A stretch of 64,000 nucleotides of DNA from Bugula neritina. Its lineage: Eukaryota; Animalia; Bryozoa. The stretch lies in contig OZ037768.1 of assembly GCA_964035545.1 (NCBI GenBank), forward strand, positions 12,409,675 to 12,473,674, given 5' to 3'. The position numbers and the translations under genes are program-made. Within the stretch, counting starts at the first letter, position 1, and every line of letters begins with the position of its first letter. Of the stretch, positions 13,550 to 27,768 are shown in pieces. The notes under the pieces were generated by a model. It had not been told where the DNA came from. It saw only the letters and a program-made list of their open reading frames with translations, and did not search any database.

Positions 13550-14285
13550 CAAACTGATTATTAAATAATTATAGTGACTGTTAGCAATTCTCATTCTGCA
13601 ACCCTTGCGTAGTTATATTGATACTGTAAATGTAATTGCTATCTCTATAGGTATGTGTGACTGGTAAGTTACTACTTAGTAATTAGTTTTCTACTAGACT
13701 AAAACTATGTCGTCGTCTAAGGGTACTCCAACTCTACAGTTACACTCTGACTCTACAGTCTACTCTCAGTCTCAGTCTCACCCTCAGTCTCTAGTACTGG
13801 TACGATAGTACTACTGGTACTACTACTACTACTACTAGTACTAGTACTATTATCACTAGCAGTAGTAGTGGTAGTTGTAGTACTGCTGCTGTTACTGCTA
13901 TTACTAATACTACTAGTACTACGTCTACGACTACTGCTACTCCTGTTACTGATAATAGTAATACTAATACTAATACTAATAGTAATAGTAATACTAATAT
14001 AATAATAACACTACTACTACAAGTAGTAGTGCTAGTAGTACTGTTAGAATACTAGTGCCACTGTTAGTGTTACACTTACTGTTACTGTTAGTGTTGCAGC
14101 TACGACTACTACTTCTAATGGTATTACTACTAGTAATGATACTACTGATATAATATTAATATTATAATTACTACTAACCAACTAAGCTTTAAATTTAATT
14201 CTACCATTTATTTGTAAGCAATTTATTTTTTGAAAATTGTGATTTTCTTTATTGTTTAAAAATATAATTAGCAGTCAGGTAAACG
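13550..14285 (+). repeat. Dispersed repeat with internal (ACT/AGT/AAT)n low-complexity core
   Basis: Flanks acccttgcgtagtt..gtaaatgtaattgct..ttttctactagactaa and ctactaac.aacta..aaat.taattctac are shared with 38950-39785. Confidence 0.75.
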
Positions 14286-14406
14286 TGTAATCTAAAACGA
14301 AATTACACTTTTGCATAGTGATTCTTGGGTAGCATGTGCTGCACATTGACAGCTGGAAACACATTTACATTAGATTATATATTTTAGCTAGTAACAAAAC
14401 ATTGCA

Positions 14407-17400
14407 TAGTCTAGAAGTAACCTCCAATTATCTTTCACTCATTACACTCCGAGGGGTGGCCACGCAATTTTTTTAGAAATGGAGAGTTTTAAGGGTCCTA
14501 ATTAATCTGTGAAAACGCTAAACTGTTCTGTGCACCCAGTTAGCCACAAAAGCGCTTCAAACTTTCAAAAGGAATCAGGAGTTGTCTTCTCTTAACATTT
14601 TTGTGAATCGGCTAAATATCTTGGAACTATTAAAGCTAATTTATTTTATATAAGCAAAATAATTTTGCTGATAATTATAGATACTTTTTTTCACTTTGCT
14701 GTTATAAAACCTCCAAATTTCTCTGTTCGCTCAGTTAGTCACAAAAGCGCTTTAAACTTTTGCAGGAGTTGTTTTCCCACAACTTTGTCCAAATCCATTA
14801 AATATTATCTTGAAATTATTAAAGCTAGTTTATTATATATACAAGCAAAAACTTTTGCAGATAATCATAGACATGTTTTTCACCTCTCTGAGTTTCATTC
14901 TAGTGATTTTCTTGTGAAAACATCTGAAAAAATAAGGACTAAATGGACGAAAACAAGCAAAGGAATGGGTTTTTTAGTTATAAGGCAACTATTCTTATTG
15001 AACAGCTATAAAAAAGCCGAATTATAGGTAAATCTGTGTCTGATAATGATTTTCTTCATGTTTTTTATTATAATAACTACTTTTACAAAAAAGTAATGAG
15101 AAACATGAGCAGGTTGGTCTGGACTAATATAAGATAATATTTTAAATGTGTATGATTGAGCTTTCCCAATAAATTTAAGCTGAACTATATATACATAACC
15201 AATTTGGTTTTTAAAACAATGCTATTGGTTAAAATGCATATTTTTATACAATCTTAGTATAATGACTCTAGAGTCAATTTAGCTCAGTTATAGTTACAGA
15301 AGAAATACCCTAAAGCTTTCCTATAATTTAAAATATATATGGTTATATTTAAGCCACCCATTAGAAAAATGATCTTGGGTTGCCTTATTCAAAGATCATA
15401 GGCATGTAATTTTTTCATGTGTGCCATTTGTCACAAAAATAATAATTTCTTATCAGCAAATAAAACAAGCTGCGTTTTGCTGCATTTTTGTGTGAAACAT
15501 GGAGTAAAAATACTTTAGAGAACGATATTGTTATTATAGTTGTTGCATACCAAAAAAGTGCATTCAGCTAGAATTTTTCAAACATGGTAGAATTCCTAAG
15601 AAAAAAGAACCCAAATGCTTACAATTAGATCATGAGGAAGCATGTACACAAACTTTGTTACATGCAAAATATCTTATGAACATCATAAGCCCAAATGTAA
15701 TAATCAAATCTCAAGACACTGAAGTTTTCATTTTAAGTCTCGCTATTTGCAAGACATTACCTTCTTACCAATTATATTTTTTCACGGGTGTGGTAATCAT
15801 GGTGTCATCCTAGATAGAGGCTAGGCTAAATTTCCTACTTAGACACTAATTATTTATTTTGGTAAAATGTATTTTTATGTGCAATTTATTTTAATATTAT
15901 TGAAATATATGTATATATTAAAATAAACTTGAATCAATTGCTTTTTGTTTAGCACATAAATAAATTCCTTTGATCTACATTAACTTATTAATTTTGTATA
16001 TTTTATACATCTTGCATGTTGTTTGAAAAGATATTTTGTTAATAAGTATCCATTAAAGATAGTGTCTATTATTAATGTATTACTACTTCTTGTCTCACAC
16101 AAATTCGTAAAAATAATAGAATATTATTCTAGATAATTCATGTTAGCTACTATAATATAGCTATTAGCATATTAGCTATTTAGCAATCAATACAACAGTG
16201 ATATAGGTAAAATTAATATATATAATAACAAAATAAAAATAGGGAGGAAACCATAATCATATTAGGTATTTGGAAGTCAACATTGCAGCAAATAAATCCG
16301 GACTGCAGTTGTGTGCAGCACTTACTAGATTTCATGCTTTAACAGGTTGTGATTCGACCATAGTGCTTTTTATGAAAAAGGATGGCGCACAGCCTACTCT
16401 CTTTTGAGAAAATATCTAGAATGTATGGTAGGCTTTGAACACCTTTGGAAGTATTTCAAGCTGCCAGCCATTACAGCGGCTGAAGTAGAACAATTTGTCT
16501 ATAAACTTTATGGAGCAGGAAATTTAAATATAGATGATGTCCGTTACACTGTATTTTGTTCACCGTCTAAAATAACTCAATACAGTTTGCCTCCAACAAA
16601 AGATGAATTAAGTTTGCACGCAAAAAGAGCAAGTTATCAGGCAGCCATTTGGAGAAGGGTGACAACAGCCTATATTGATGCACCACCCCAGAACATCACG
16701 GAAGGATTGTTGAGAATCATGGCAGGATAAATATAAAGTGGATGATTCAAGCTTTCGAACCTGAAAATGTGTGTTGCAAAGTTTAAACTGCTCCTATAAG
16801 ACCGGCTGCAACATATCAAGATGTGGATGTCAGAAGCTCCAAATGCAGTGCATGCACTGATGTTTGTCAATGTAAGGATTGTCTGAAAAGAAGGACTATA
16901 TTGGGGAAGAAGAAGCTGATGAGACTGAAGGCGGTGACAAGGATGGCGAGAATACTTTTTCATAATAAAGCACTATTTTTAGACATTTGTTATATATTTT
17001 GCTACTACCAATTTGATTTTGATCATCTCTCATGCTTCTGTTTCTCTAAATAATTTTACAGAATCTTGTTGATTTTTGCAGATGTTTAACAGCTATACTG
17101 ACAGACTATAGCAAATGATTCACTTGGGCTGTGCTCAAAAGATTTCAATATTTATTCATTTCAACATTTATTTTGTGCTATAATTTTATAAATATAGTTT
17201 TTTCATACATCAGCATGACTTTGTTTTTATTTTTGTATAAATAACTTGGTCATACAATTATTCTGCATGCTTATGCCGCATGCAATATGTCGATTCATAA
17301 CAAACATATATGTTTATATACACAACTTGGTTTTCATTTGAGGTAGTGTCTTGCAGTCTTTAAATTCAATATCAGCATAGAATTCTAAGTATGAGGCAAT

Positions 17401-17674
17401 TATTTTTGGTATTTCAGCAAATATTTTTTCTTCAACATAGCTTGGTAAAATTGGATACTATTTTGCACAATCCACATTTCTTTTTATCACCCATCCAAGA
17501 TGCCGAATTGTTTTTTGCAATATCTTGAGTTTGGGTAAAGATAGAATTCTAGAGTTTGTAGATTCAGAATCAGCACAAAATTTTGATCTAAAAACAACTT
17601 TTTTTGAGTGGCCACCTAGTAAAGTGTAATAAGTCAATTTTTTGAGCACTTTTTGGGAGGTTACTTCTAGACTA
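14407..17674 (+). mobile_element. Academ-like (AcademX) DNA transposon, internally deleted relic
   Basis: Perfect 19-bp TIR TAGTCTAGAAGTAACCTCC (14407-14425 / 17656-17674) with further subterminal matches (attacact..ggtggccac). Termini are TAG..CTA. Internal XPG-like and Cys-rich coding remnants. No clear TSD. Confidence 0.75.
15620..16890 (+). pseudogene. Academ transposase C-terminal XPG/PIN-like nuclease and Cys-rich zinc finger remnants
   Basis: Fragments DHEEACTQTLLHAK, IIKSQDTEVFIL..YFFTGV, FHALTGCDST, EQFVYKLYG..LPPTKDELSLHAKRASYQAAIWRR and CTDVCQCKDC; several frameshifts. Confidence 0.7.
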
Positions 17675-17849
17675 ATAGTCATTATAAAACAAATAGAATT
17701 CATGCTAAGTAAATTTAAGCAACATTTATATTTCTAACAATTATAAAAAGTATCCAGTGCCACTCTATTGTAATGTATCCAGAATGATCATTTCAGAAGT
17801 TTTATTCAGCCTATGTGTTGTTCTTTGGGGAAGTATTTGACATTAGTGA

Positions 17850-18531
17850 AGAAAGCCTGACTTCTGCTGATGTAGAGGACAACTCTGTGACATGTGCCAT
17901 CTGCACAAAGAAAGGGATAGAGAAAGTACCAGCAGTGACCTACTGTACTGTGTGCAGTGAACTATTTTGTAGAAAACACGATGAGGTAATTCCTTCCCAT
18001 AACTCTTTGTTAAATCAGTTGATGACTGTTTATTTTGTTGTTTCTCAGCTTTTCCATGTGATGGGCACACTTGCTATAAATTCACTTTATTGTGAAATGC
18101 TTTTATGGGCAAATGGAGGAGAATGTAGGGCCAAATCTTTTACTTGAGTTTCCTGATATCTTTATTATTTATACATTTTTACATATCAATTACTATTTAC
18201 ATTCAATTATTTGAAAAAATGTAATTAATTACAACCAATTACAATTACAAATTGCAATTACTCCAACCCTGGAATATGGTTTGGTTAGCATGTGATTAAA
18301 ATATATTAAAACAATATGTAGGCGCGTGTATGTTTTCTTTCAATTTCTGGATATATATATAATATATTTAGGCTATAGTGAAGCTGTTATAATGTAGGTA
18401 GACAGATATCTATGCTAGAAGAGGCAACTGTTAGGAGTGATAGTAGATCATTTGATCTCAATGTGTATAAAGATATGTTGATTGTACCCAGATCTGATGA
18501 GAAAAAAGTTCTATTTTACCAAATCAACTAA
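17850..18531 (+). pseudogene. B-box (TRIM-like) gene relic: B-box exon plus a terminal exon
   Basis: About 17850-17985 reads CAICTKKGIEKVPAVTYCTVCSELFCRKHDE|gt (B-box pattern). 18398-18531 reads RQISMLEEATVRSDSRSFDLNVYKDMLIVPRSDEKKVLFYQIN* (beta-propeller-like last blade). The two exon phases are incompatible. Confidence 0.65.
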
Positions 18532-21021
18532 ACAGGTATTATGTATATAGTAGGAGTTATGTCCCTCCTATGACATTTTGTAAGCTAATGCAGTCCATGC
18601 TTCAGACTTGTCTGTTATATTATATCAGGTAGGGACAACTTCAGAACTTTTCGATTCCCAAAATTCAAACACCAAAATAAGACTATGTGGAAATGTTGAA
18701 AGACCTGTCAAAGTGATAGCATAGGCTAATACTATTTTGACCAATAAAATTTGTCAATTCATTTACTGTGACATCACACACCAGAACTAGTTCAGCTTTT
18801 CTCTGCTTCCATTTTTGTCCAATTCAACTTAACTTTTTTGTCAGGTATGTTTATCCTGCCAAACTCATTTCTTATCTTTCAGTTTATTCCCCAAGCCTTA
18901 GTTTATATTACTGGTTACGATATCTCATAAGCAACTAGTAATCATGAAACAATATTCTACTGTTTAGAATAATATTTTTTCATCTAAAGTTGTCTCCTCA
19001 CTTCTTTTATTTTTCATTATAGGACAGTAGGCTGAGTAGAATAAGAAGTAGTTTCTACAGAAGACACATCTAGTTGTTTTGTTGACAAAGTGACAAGTGA
19101 AAAGACAGCTGATTGGGCAGTTCTTCTAACCTAGTAACACTGGTTGGTTATGTACATTACCATCTCATTCATACATTTGTTATTATATAATTGTTGATAA
19201 TATTATCCATCAAACAGTACTGATGACTCTGTAGTAGCAGTTATTGTACATATTATCTACCTTATAAGACTGAATATTCCATACTACTTGCTTTCTATTG
19301 ACGAGTAAAAGCAGTTCATCATATATAGTATATACCTTTCAAGACTAATTTATAGTTTACTCTATATTACTTCTAGTAGTATACTGTCAGCATGTTTTAG
19401 CACTTACAAATCAATGTCAACATTAGTAATGTGACATGTTGGCACTAGGCAAGCAGCCTGGTTTTCTTTTGGTATTTTTGAGAATATGAAAAGGTTGACC
19501 ATTAGTGATAAACCTAAATCACCGATAACATATTACGTCACCCTTCACTCCTTTTATATTTACTAAATTATTATTGATATACTGTATTCTTGTTAAAAAT
19601 ATTGCATTTGAGAATCGATCTATTCACATCAGACTGTGAATCTGAAAACTAATATAACATGACTGATTTTTCAGGTTTTCATTTAAAAACAGCAAAGCAA
19701 TGAGTAACAATTTCTCTGCACTACATGGGGTACATTAATGGCCTGCAAATCTGATGAGGCTACTGAAATATAAAGTATCTTTCTGACTAGCCAGTGCAGT
19801 CTGACATAAGTTTGAAGTTGGTTTATAGAATTCCATTTCATTAGAGGTTCATAAGAGCAGTCAATATAGTAGAGAGGAGACAATTCTCTCACACAGGTTA
19901 TTCAAATAATGGTAGGGGGAGGGGGGGGGTGAAATGGTCATAGGTGTACAAAAAGATAACTCTCTCACAAGTTATTGAATTGTAGCTCTGATCAGTTTTC
20001 ATATATTATGTATGTTATATCACAGTAATAGAATTTTGTTAAGTTCATTGATATTAGTTCGTTTATAATTACATTTACCATTAGAAATTTAGCACTATTA
20101 TAATTTACTCAAGTTGCAGACGGCCTCACATGCTCCAACAGATAAGTAAATAGGAAAACATGCTGAACATAGTACTGCTTTCTCAATTGTTCTTATATTA
20201 GGTTTTTAAAAAACTACAGTGAAAAAGTTATTTAAAAATTCATATACTTAAATCCAATTGTCCTGCAGGTACCAAATTTATATGAATTTCAATAATTTGT
20301 TATTAGGAATTAAATTAAATACAAACTGTCTACTACTTTGTAAAATATGGAGAACCCGTAATTGTTGCATATAAGTCCTAATAATAAGATATTAAAGTTA
20401 ATGTAATAGTAAATTTAAATATTTGCTAAATTTAAATTGGGATACCATTGTTGTATGACATCACAATCATAATACTACCCACAACAAAAACTGCTTACAT
20501 CATAATTATTAGTCTACATTTCTATAGAAGGTATTATTGTCTTAATATTATGTTGAATGTTAATATGCTTATACTGCGAAAATGATATTAGAATTATTCA
20601 GAAGCTTTCGGGCCTCAATTACCAATTTGGGTAAGTTTTACATGAAAAGCTAAATAATTTGCAAACTTGTCTAACAATAAATATATGCTAGTCACTTGGG
20701 TTTAGCTGATTTTGTTCCAATATAAATATATTGGTGAGTTACATGTATGTACACTCTTATAGTAGCTGCATCCTCAATCTGGTGAATATAGTCCCATTAG
20801 AATTTAGATGAACCATGATTACAGTAGTCTTTTTTGACCTACTATTTTGTTTTGGGCGAAGTGATACAGCCAATTTAGTAAAGATCTAGTCATAAAGATA
20901 TGCTATCGGCTAATGGTGTATTTGATATTTTGAAGTAGTATTCAAATCCAATAGAGTTCCTTCAATCAGATTGTAAAATGAATATATCTGAGTTTATACA
21001 TGACAGTATTGTCACTTTTAG

Positions 21022-24000
21022 TATGTTGCCGAGCTAGTGAATCTGAAATAGAGGTTGACAGTGAGGAACTATCTATTGATCAGAGTGAGATCAGTAGTAG
21101 TCAACTACATACACCCTCTTCTCTGGACAATGAAGACCCATCTTCAGTAAGCACACACTCAACTTAAAGAGTTAGGAGTAACTGTAGAATTACACTGCAA
21201 TGACTTTCACTTTCACATTTAGTTTTAGTTTTTTAATTGAGAAGACTTGAAGTTCCTGGTTGACTATTTTGAAAATGGTGATTTACTTTTCTGTTTCATC
21301 ACTACTTTAAGAAACCTGTATAGCTATACAAATAGTGTTTATTATGTAACAACAAGAGTGGAAGTAGTGAATAGTGTAGATAGAGTACTGCTTCTGTTGC
21401 AGCATGAATTTAATGTGAATGCTGAGGCTAGAGATAACTATTCCCTGCTGCATGTAGCAGCAAAACAAGGAAATGAAAAAGTGATCACTTCATTTCCAAA
21501 GCATTCAAAACTATTTGATTCCACGACTAAGGTAACAATTTAGTGTATTCAGTGCCTTCACCTGAGAACAACCGTTGGCTGTGTATGTTGGTTCGGACTG
21601 ATAAAAACCAGTCTACCCAAACCTACTTTTAATTGTTGCAGAATTTACTCCTAATATATTTTGAGTTACATGTAGACACAGTGCATGCTGGTGCTTGTAG
21701 AATGGAATGACACCTCTCCATGTCAGCATTGAAAACAATCAACAAGCAGTAACTTGGATGTTACTAAAAAAAGGCGCAAAGCCTGAACTCAAAAATGATG
21801 ATGGACATACAGCTCTGCACCTAGCTGCTCAGCATGGTCAAGCTGCAATAGTTTTACTTCTGCTGGAGAAATATGGTGTCTCCCCTGACAGCAGGGCTAA
21901 GGTGAGAATTATTCTGCTAAACTTGAGATAGCTCAGCAAAATTATGAACATTTTGGAGTCTGTTTGATCAATGTATGTTAGCTTCATTACTTTTTATGAT
22001 TAAAAATTACCTACATTGTAAATGGCCATGTTAATGTTCTGCTTATTGTTGAACTACATAACCTATAAAAAGAATTGTTATATTTTCTCGAATCTAGAAA
22101 CCCTCATCATAATGTTAGTAAGAGTGCTGACATCTTGTTAATTATATTCTTTATTCTAATCTCTGATGATTCATAAAGTCTACTGAACGGTTACTAGTAA
22201 TTGTGTTTACAGAATTGCTACACGCCTCTACATTATGCTGTGAAAAAAGGAGACATCGATACCGTCTGTGCTCGGATTGAATATGGCGCAAGAGTAAGCG
22301 CAGAGTCGGAAGATGGGTACACCCCCCTACACATTGCTGTTAGGGATGGACACAGTGATATTGTATCGATGCTGTTGGAAAATGGTGCTAGTCCCAACTG
22401 TTATACCAAAGTAAGTCTACCTTTTCCGAACAGCTAGAGATGTTACAGTTACTTTTTGTGATCAACTGCCAGTGCGGCAGCATACTATCTCAACATTTGC
22501 TGTTCTAAGTTTCTTTATTCAAACTTCCATTACTTTTTTATTCAGCAGATATCTATTTTATAAGTGATTAATAGTTGATTAGTTTTCATTTATAAATTAT
22601 TTGAATCAAAGTCCTGAATATGTCAAAGAGGAAGTTAACTTTTATTTTAAATCAGCTCGTAAGTAGAGAAGCTACAAATCTAAGAAAATTAACTCCAAGT
22701 TACCAAAATAATGTGACAACACAAACTGTGCCCTTAATGTTACAACTGCAACTGTTATACCAACTGATTGTTATCATGAACTATGACCCTTATCATGAAG
22801 TGGAAAACATAAAATTGAAAGCTTTTCTTATTAAATATTATTTGAGTATTGATTATTGAATATTTGATTGAGTTGCTACTGCTATGGTATATTTTAGGAC
22901 GGATTAACCCCAATGCACCTGTGCAGGCAGGAAAACCATGCTCTCACAGCAGAGATTCTCTTTAAGTATGGTGCTAGTCTCCCTACAACTTCTAAAGCTG
23001 AGAGACATAGTGGTCAGGTAAATATTGTAAAATCTCTGTCACAACATGAAGCAGAAGTAGACATTGCCCTTACATTATCTGTTATAACATCATCTACAGT
23101 TTGATATTAGAATCATAACATTGTAGTATTCAATATTGCAACTTATATTGGACTAAACATATTTGATTGTGTGTTAATTTTGTGTTCGCATTGACTTAGT
23201 CTGACATTTGATTTTGTGTCAGCAAAACATTGCTACAGCATCTTCTGGGCCATTAGTCAATGAGTTGATCAAACCATTTCTAAACTTTGTCTCACAAGCT
23301 GATTGCACATGTGAGGAAATTAGTAGTCAATCTGGCTCTGTCTAGCGTTTATCTGAATCACAGTCTATTTCTAAGTCACGAGCTAAAAGTGCATCATTTT
23401 ACTCGTTTTGATATAAACGTTTTCCCAATGCATGTCAGTTCTGTTTTTGGTCAATTATTGATTTATTGAGTCAGCTAACTAGTAAATATAACATCAATGA
23501 AATTTACGGATGCTGACTGAGATTAGATAGAGCTTTAAAATTTTTGGAGTAACTTACTAGAAATTGGTCATGTTTCGCTAAGCATTGAGACATACCAATT
23601 GTTAATTTTGTGTGAATCAGGGTAACTGCCAAAAGAATGATAAATTTTCAATTATTCGGTTTATTTAAGACCTTTTATAGTTACTGGTTTTTTAGTTAGG
23701 CACTCTTCACTTAATAAATTGGTCACAGCATTATGAATGTTGAATTAGTATATTTGGAGTGCATTATATCATTATATATATTATAAACGCCTATTGAAGT
23801 GTCTATCTATGAAAATGTATATTTAGTGTGATTGTACAATAGCAATGCAATAATTTCCTTGTAGGTGTATGGTATGCAGAGCGTTGAGACAAAACCTCGA
23901 ACAGCAAAAATCAGGCGGGCTTTACGTAGCATCGCCTCTGCTGGTAAGGATCTGATTATTAACTCACCAATTACTTTGTCTCATACTGGCAATCATTTGC

Positions 24001-25986
24001 AAAATTAAATTGTTAAGATTTTTTCGAATCGAAAATTACTAATTTATGGTTTTGCATAATGGTAAAACCCATAGCTAATTTTACTTTATTGTTAGAGGCC
24101 TAGTGAGTTCCAAGCAATAATTTAGCCATCAATGTATGTAAATATATATCAGTTCTTTACGAACACGCAGCGACTCACACGCAAGCACATACGAACATGC
24201 ACACACCCACAAACACCCACACGCACCCATACTAGTAGTTTATTCTATTCATTTTAGGCCTCAAATGCAAGAGTGTTTTTACTCTGAAAAAGAGAAAAAC
24301 TTGTAAGAGGGCCCACAGCACACTTCATTCTCAGGAGGATTTACACTCTGACAATTCAATGAAAAGTAAAAACTCTGGAGTCACTAAGTACGTTTAGTAT
24401 ATAATGTACCCAACTATATGTGAACCAAATTGATCTATTTTTTCTAAATATCACATGGACAAGAAATGCTATGGGCATGTTTCTCATTCTTTGGCTGTAC
24501 GTAGTTCAAAAGCGGTTTATGAAAGACATTTTGTAAATTTGTTATATAAAATCAGTTTTTTTTCATTTGTAGTGAGAAGCTCAAATTGAAAAGGTAATGG
24601 TAACTAACTTGGAAGAATTGTTGCCGTTAAAACTGTTGCTAAACATTACTCAGTTCTATTGGGTTTGTTTTAGTAATTACAGTAGAAGCTTTTCTATATA
24701 TATATAAGAAGACTGCTACTGCAATAACAACACACACCCACACAAACACGCACACATGCACACATAAATTAACTACCAGCTACTTCATTATTAACTGCGT
24801 TGACATGGTATATGCATCTCACTTTAGATTCCGTATCAGTTTCCTGGTGGATGCCAGAGGAGGAGTCTTCCAGGGATGCCGAGAGAAAGTCCATTTTACC
24901 ATCCCACCTGGTGTGGCAACCGGACCAATGAGAATTGTGTGCCGTCTCCTTGAGAAAGGAGTGATGCCCTCTCTCCATAACGATGAATTACTCATCTTCC
25001 CCATTCTCTCTCTAGAACCTGCTTGTGCCACCTTTATCGGGTAATTTTTATTCACACACTTGTCATTGAGTTTAGTGGGAGAAACTGAAAATCTTAATTT
25101 CATTTTTATTACCTTTTTCATGTTTTCATTAAACCTTATTACATCTTTGTTCAAACACAGCACATGTAGAGAGTATAACTGTTTTCTAAAAATGGCACCT
25201 GTGTTTTTCCTTTACAGCCCTGTCATAATAGATGTTGCTGCTAGTCAAGATGAACAGGAAACCATTGTCATCGCAAGTGATGATGGTGTAACATGGCAGG
25301 AACATAAGCAGACAGTGAATGACAGCCTTTGTGGTATGTAGTATTAAATAGTAAACTTTGTTATCAACTTTATCTTTTGCCAATTTTGAGCTGTCAACAC
25401 CCTAGGATTCATCAGTATTGAAAAGTTGTTATTTTTACAAGCAGTGTAAAGTTACCAGGTATAGAAACAGGTTGTTATAGCATGTCACATGCTGGTATTT
25501 ATACAAATTTATACAAACTGTCTAGCATATCTCCAGACTTTAATACCTTCAGAAGTGTATAAACAATCTCAACTGTTCATTGCCTTAAAATACTTCCTTC
25601 TTCTAGTTAATGCAGCTGGCTATGGGTATAGCCACTATATTCATTGAGCAGTCTTTTTTAAGAACATCTCTGATATCTTTTGAAGCTAATAGTAACATGC
25701 AATATGATCAGAAATGTGAAACTAGCTTCTGCTTACACTTCAAATAGTAGCATTATTGATATATCGTCCCTCTTTATATAAAAATATTAGGATTGTAAAC
25801 TTGTATCAAAGCATAGCAAGAAAACTTTAATACATAACTAATCTGATATATGTTATGTGCTCTTTAGATGTTGAGACTTTGGACAGAATAGTAGAAAAGA
25901 ATATGACAAGAATTGTTACAGCGAAGCTGCGCCGATATTTTGCTTTCGTCTCAAAAGCGAAAAGGGAAAATACTTCTGACTTCTGA
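21022..25986 (+). CDS. Truncated ankyrin-like gene (ANK repeats + ZU5A), copy 2; apparently open
   Basis: Exons: 21022-21146, ?-21531 (..NAEARDNYSLLHVAAKQGNEKVI..), 21701-21901, 22213-22410, 22898-23017, 23865-23943, 24258-24387, 24573-24593, 24828-25040, 25218-25333, 25868-25986 (TGA). Canonical GT-AG sites and compatible phases. The start codon and the acceptor of the second exon were not identified. Confidence 0.8.
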
Positions 25987-27439
25987 AGTTTTAAAAGTAT
26001 TATGTGAAGATTATATAGAAAACTATATAAAAGACATTATTATTATTAACTGCTATATATAAATATTTATTATGTTGCATTGGAAAAAAATAAGTTCTTA
26101 GCTCTCAAACTACTTTTGTGATTTAAAATCAAGTGTACTTTATTCAATGCTTTGGGCCTCGATACTTTGTCTAGTCATCAAGTTGTTGTTTTGATTCTCA
26201 TTCTCCAACATAAAGGGGAACTTCAAAACATATTTGGCTACGAAATTAGCATCAAACAAAATAAAATCTTTGGTTTTGATACTAATTTCAAGTGTTTTAC
26301 TAATGTTTATTTCTAAATACTTGTTGAGGGTATACTGCTTGCTCTAATATCTTACTTATATTCACCTATATTGTCTATTTAAAGCACTTTTGTGTAATTG
26401 TATGCATTTTCTTGCGTAATCACACATAATCACATATGTATAATATAGAGCAGCAATAGTGTGTAATAGTCTGTGCAATATATCTGAGGGTAAAATTATT
26501 TTCCTCATTCAATACACACATATAAAGTGTACACCAAAACATACTTTGTTGTTGATTAAGTATTCCACATAAATCCCTGGTGCATGTAATGTTGATAAAC
26601 ATAGTCAACCACACTGATTATACATTTTACCACAAGTTAGTGAGGGATGAAAACGAATATTATAAAAACTTGCCAACCAGCCACAACGGTTATAGGGGTA
26701 CAAAAGCTGTCCAAATTGTGAGAGAACTCATTGACTTAGAGTTGTGATTTTTTTCATAAAAAGGTATTCACATAATTATTCAGCCATTGTAGTTTCAACA
26801 CTTGCAGAACATACATGTTGAAAAGGCGAGTGAAAAACTGTTTTTACCTACTTTTTGCATTTTTTTTTGGATGTAGTTAAAGCTTTATAACTGTTTACAC
26901 TCAAAGGCAACAAGCCTAGATTTTACTGATATTGTTGCCCTATCTTGTCTCTACATCGCTTAACAAGTGTAACAGCAAACTTTAAAATAAATTTTCTTTG
27001 AGGCACATTTATTTTCCATTTGGCCACATGAGGCACAATTGCACTCTGATCACTGTTATTAGTTTGTTTGCCCAAAAGGTTCGTTGAAATGTTACTAAAG
27101 TCTATAGATATAGCCATTTTTAACCGTTTTGTAAAATATCAAAGACATCATGGTGAGACTGCAAAACTACAAGGTGAAGCTCCTGTAATATATACATCTG
27201 GTGAGGTTAGAGCTTTGCCATTTTATGCATAACACAAAACACTCTGCTGTTGCTACTAGTAGATAGTCATGATATTCACTATATATTATATCATTGAAGG
27301 AATATACATGTATTTCACTAAAATAAATTGTGGTTTGCTCATTTGCTCCCCCCCCCTTCCGTACTCCAGCCACAAATTGAAGCCATGCGCCTTAGCTACA
27401 GTTCATAGAAAAAAGTCCATTGGAATTTTGTAATATATG

Positions 27440-27768
27440 TGTAGTGGCCAGCGAAGCGTACAAATCATACACGTGCACCATAACCAATCGTGTTGAAGCA
27501 CGTGACTACCCCCTGTGGAGCAGAACGCTTCCAGACAGTTTTATATAGCTAGTTATTTCAGAGTAGTACAAGAATAGAGATAGTAGGTTAAGTAGACTTG
27601 TGAGAGTATTGTGGATGTTAAATGTATTTTTTATGTTAGTTGTACGTATATAATTAAATATAGTCTTTTATCACGTATCTTCTGTGAAGTTCTTAGGACG
27701 TTCATCTAATTAAAACACAGTTGCACACAGGATCTACCCCAAATATTATAATTGGCAAAATTATAACA
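27440..27768 (+). mobile_element. Probable solo LTR (duplicate of 6646-6974)
   Basis: TGTAG..ATAACA ends; flanks tatg/tatt. Present in both copies, so it predates the duplication. Confidence 0.5.

Noticed and set aside
14665-15027. 120-aa ORF inside the Academ element
   Set aside because: Overlaps subterminal direct repeats (agttagccacaaaagcgct / agttagtcacaaaagcgct), has no ATG start and no domain signature.
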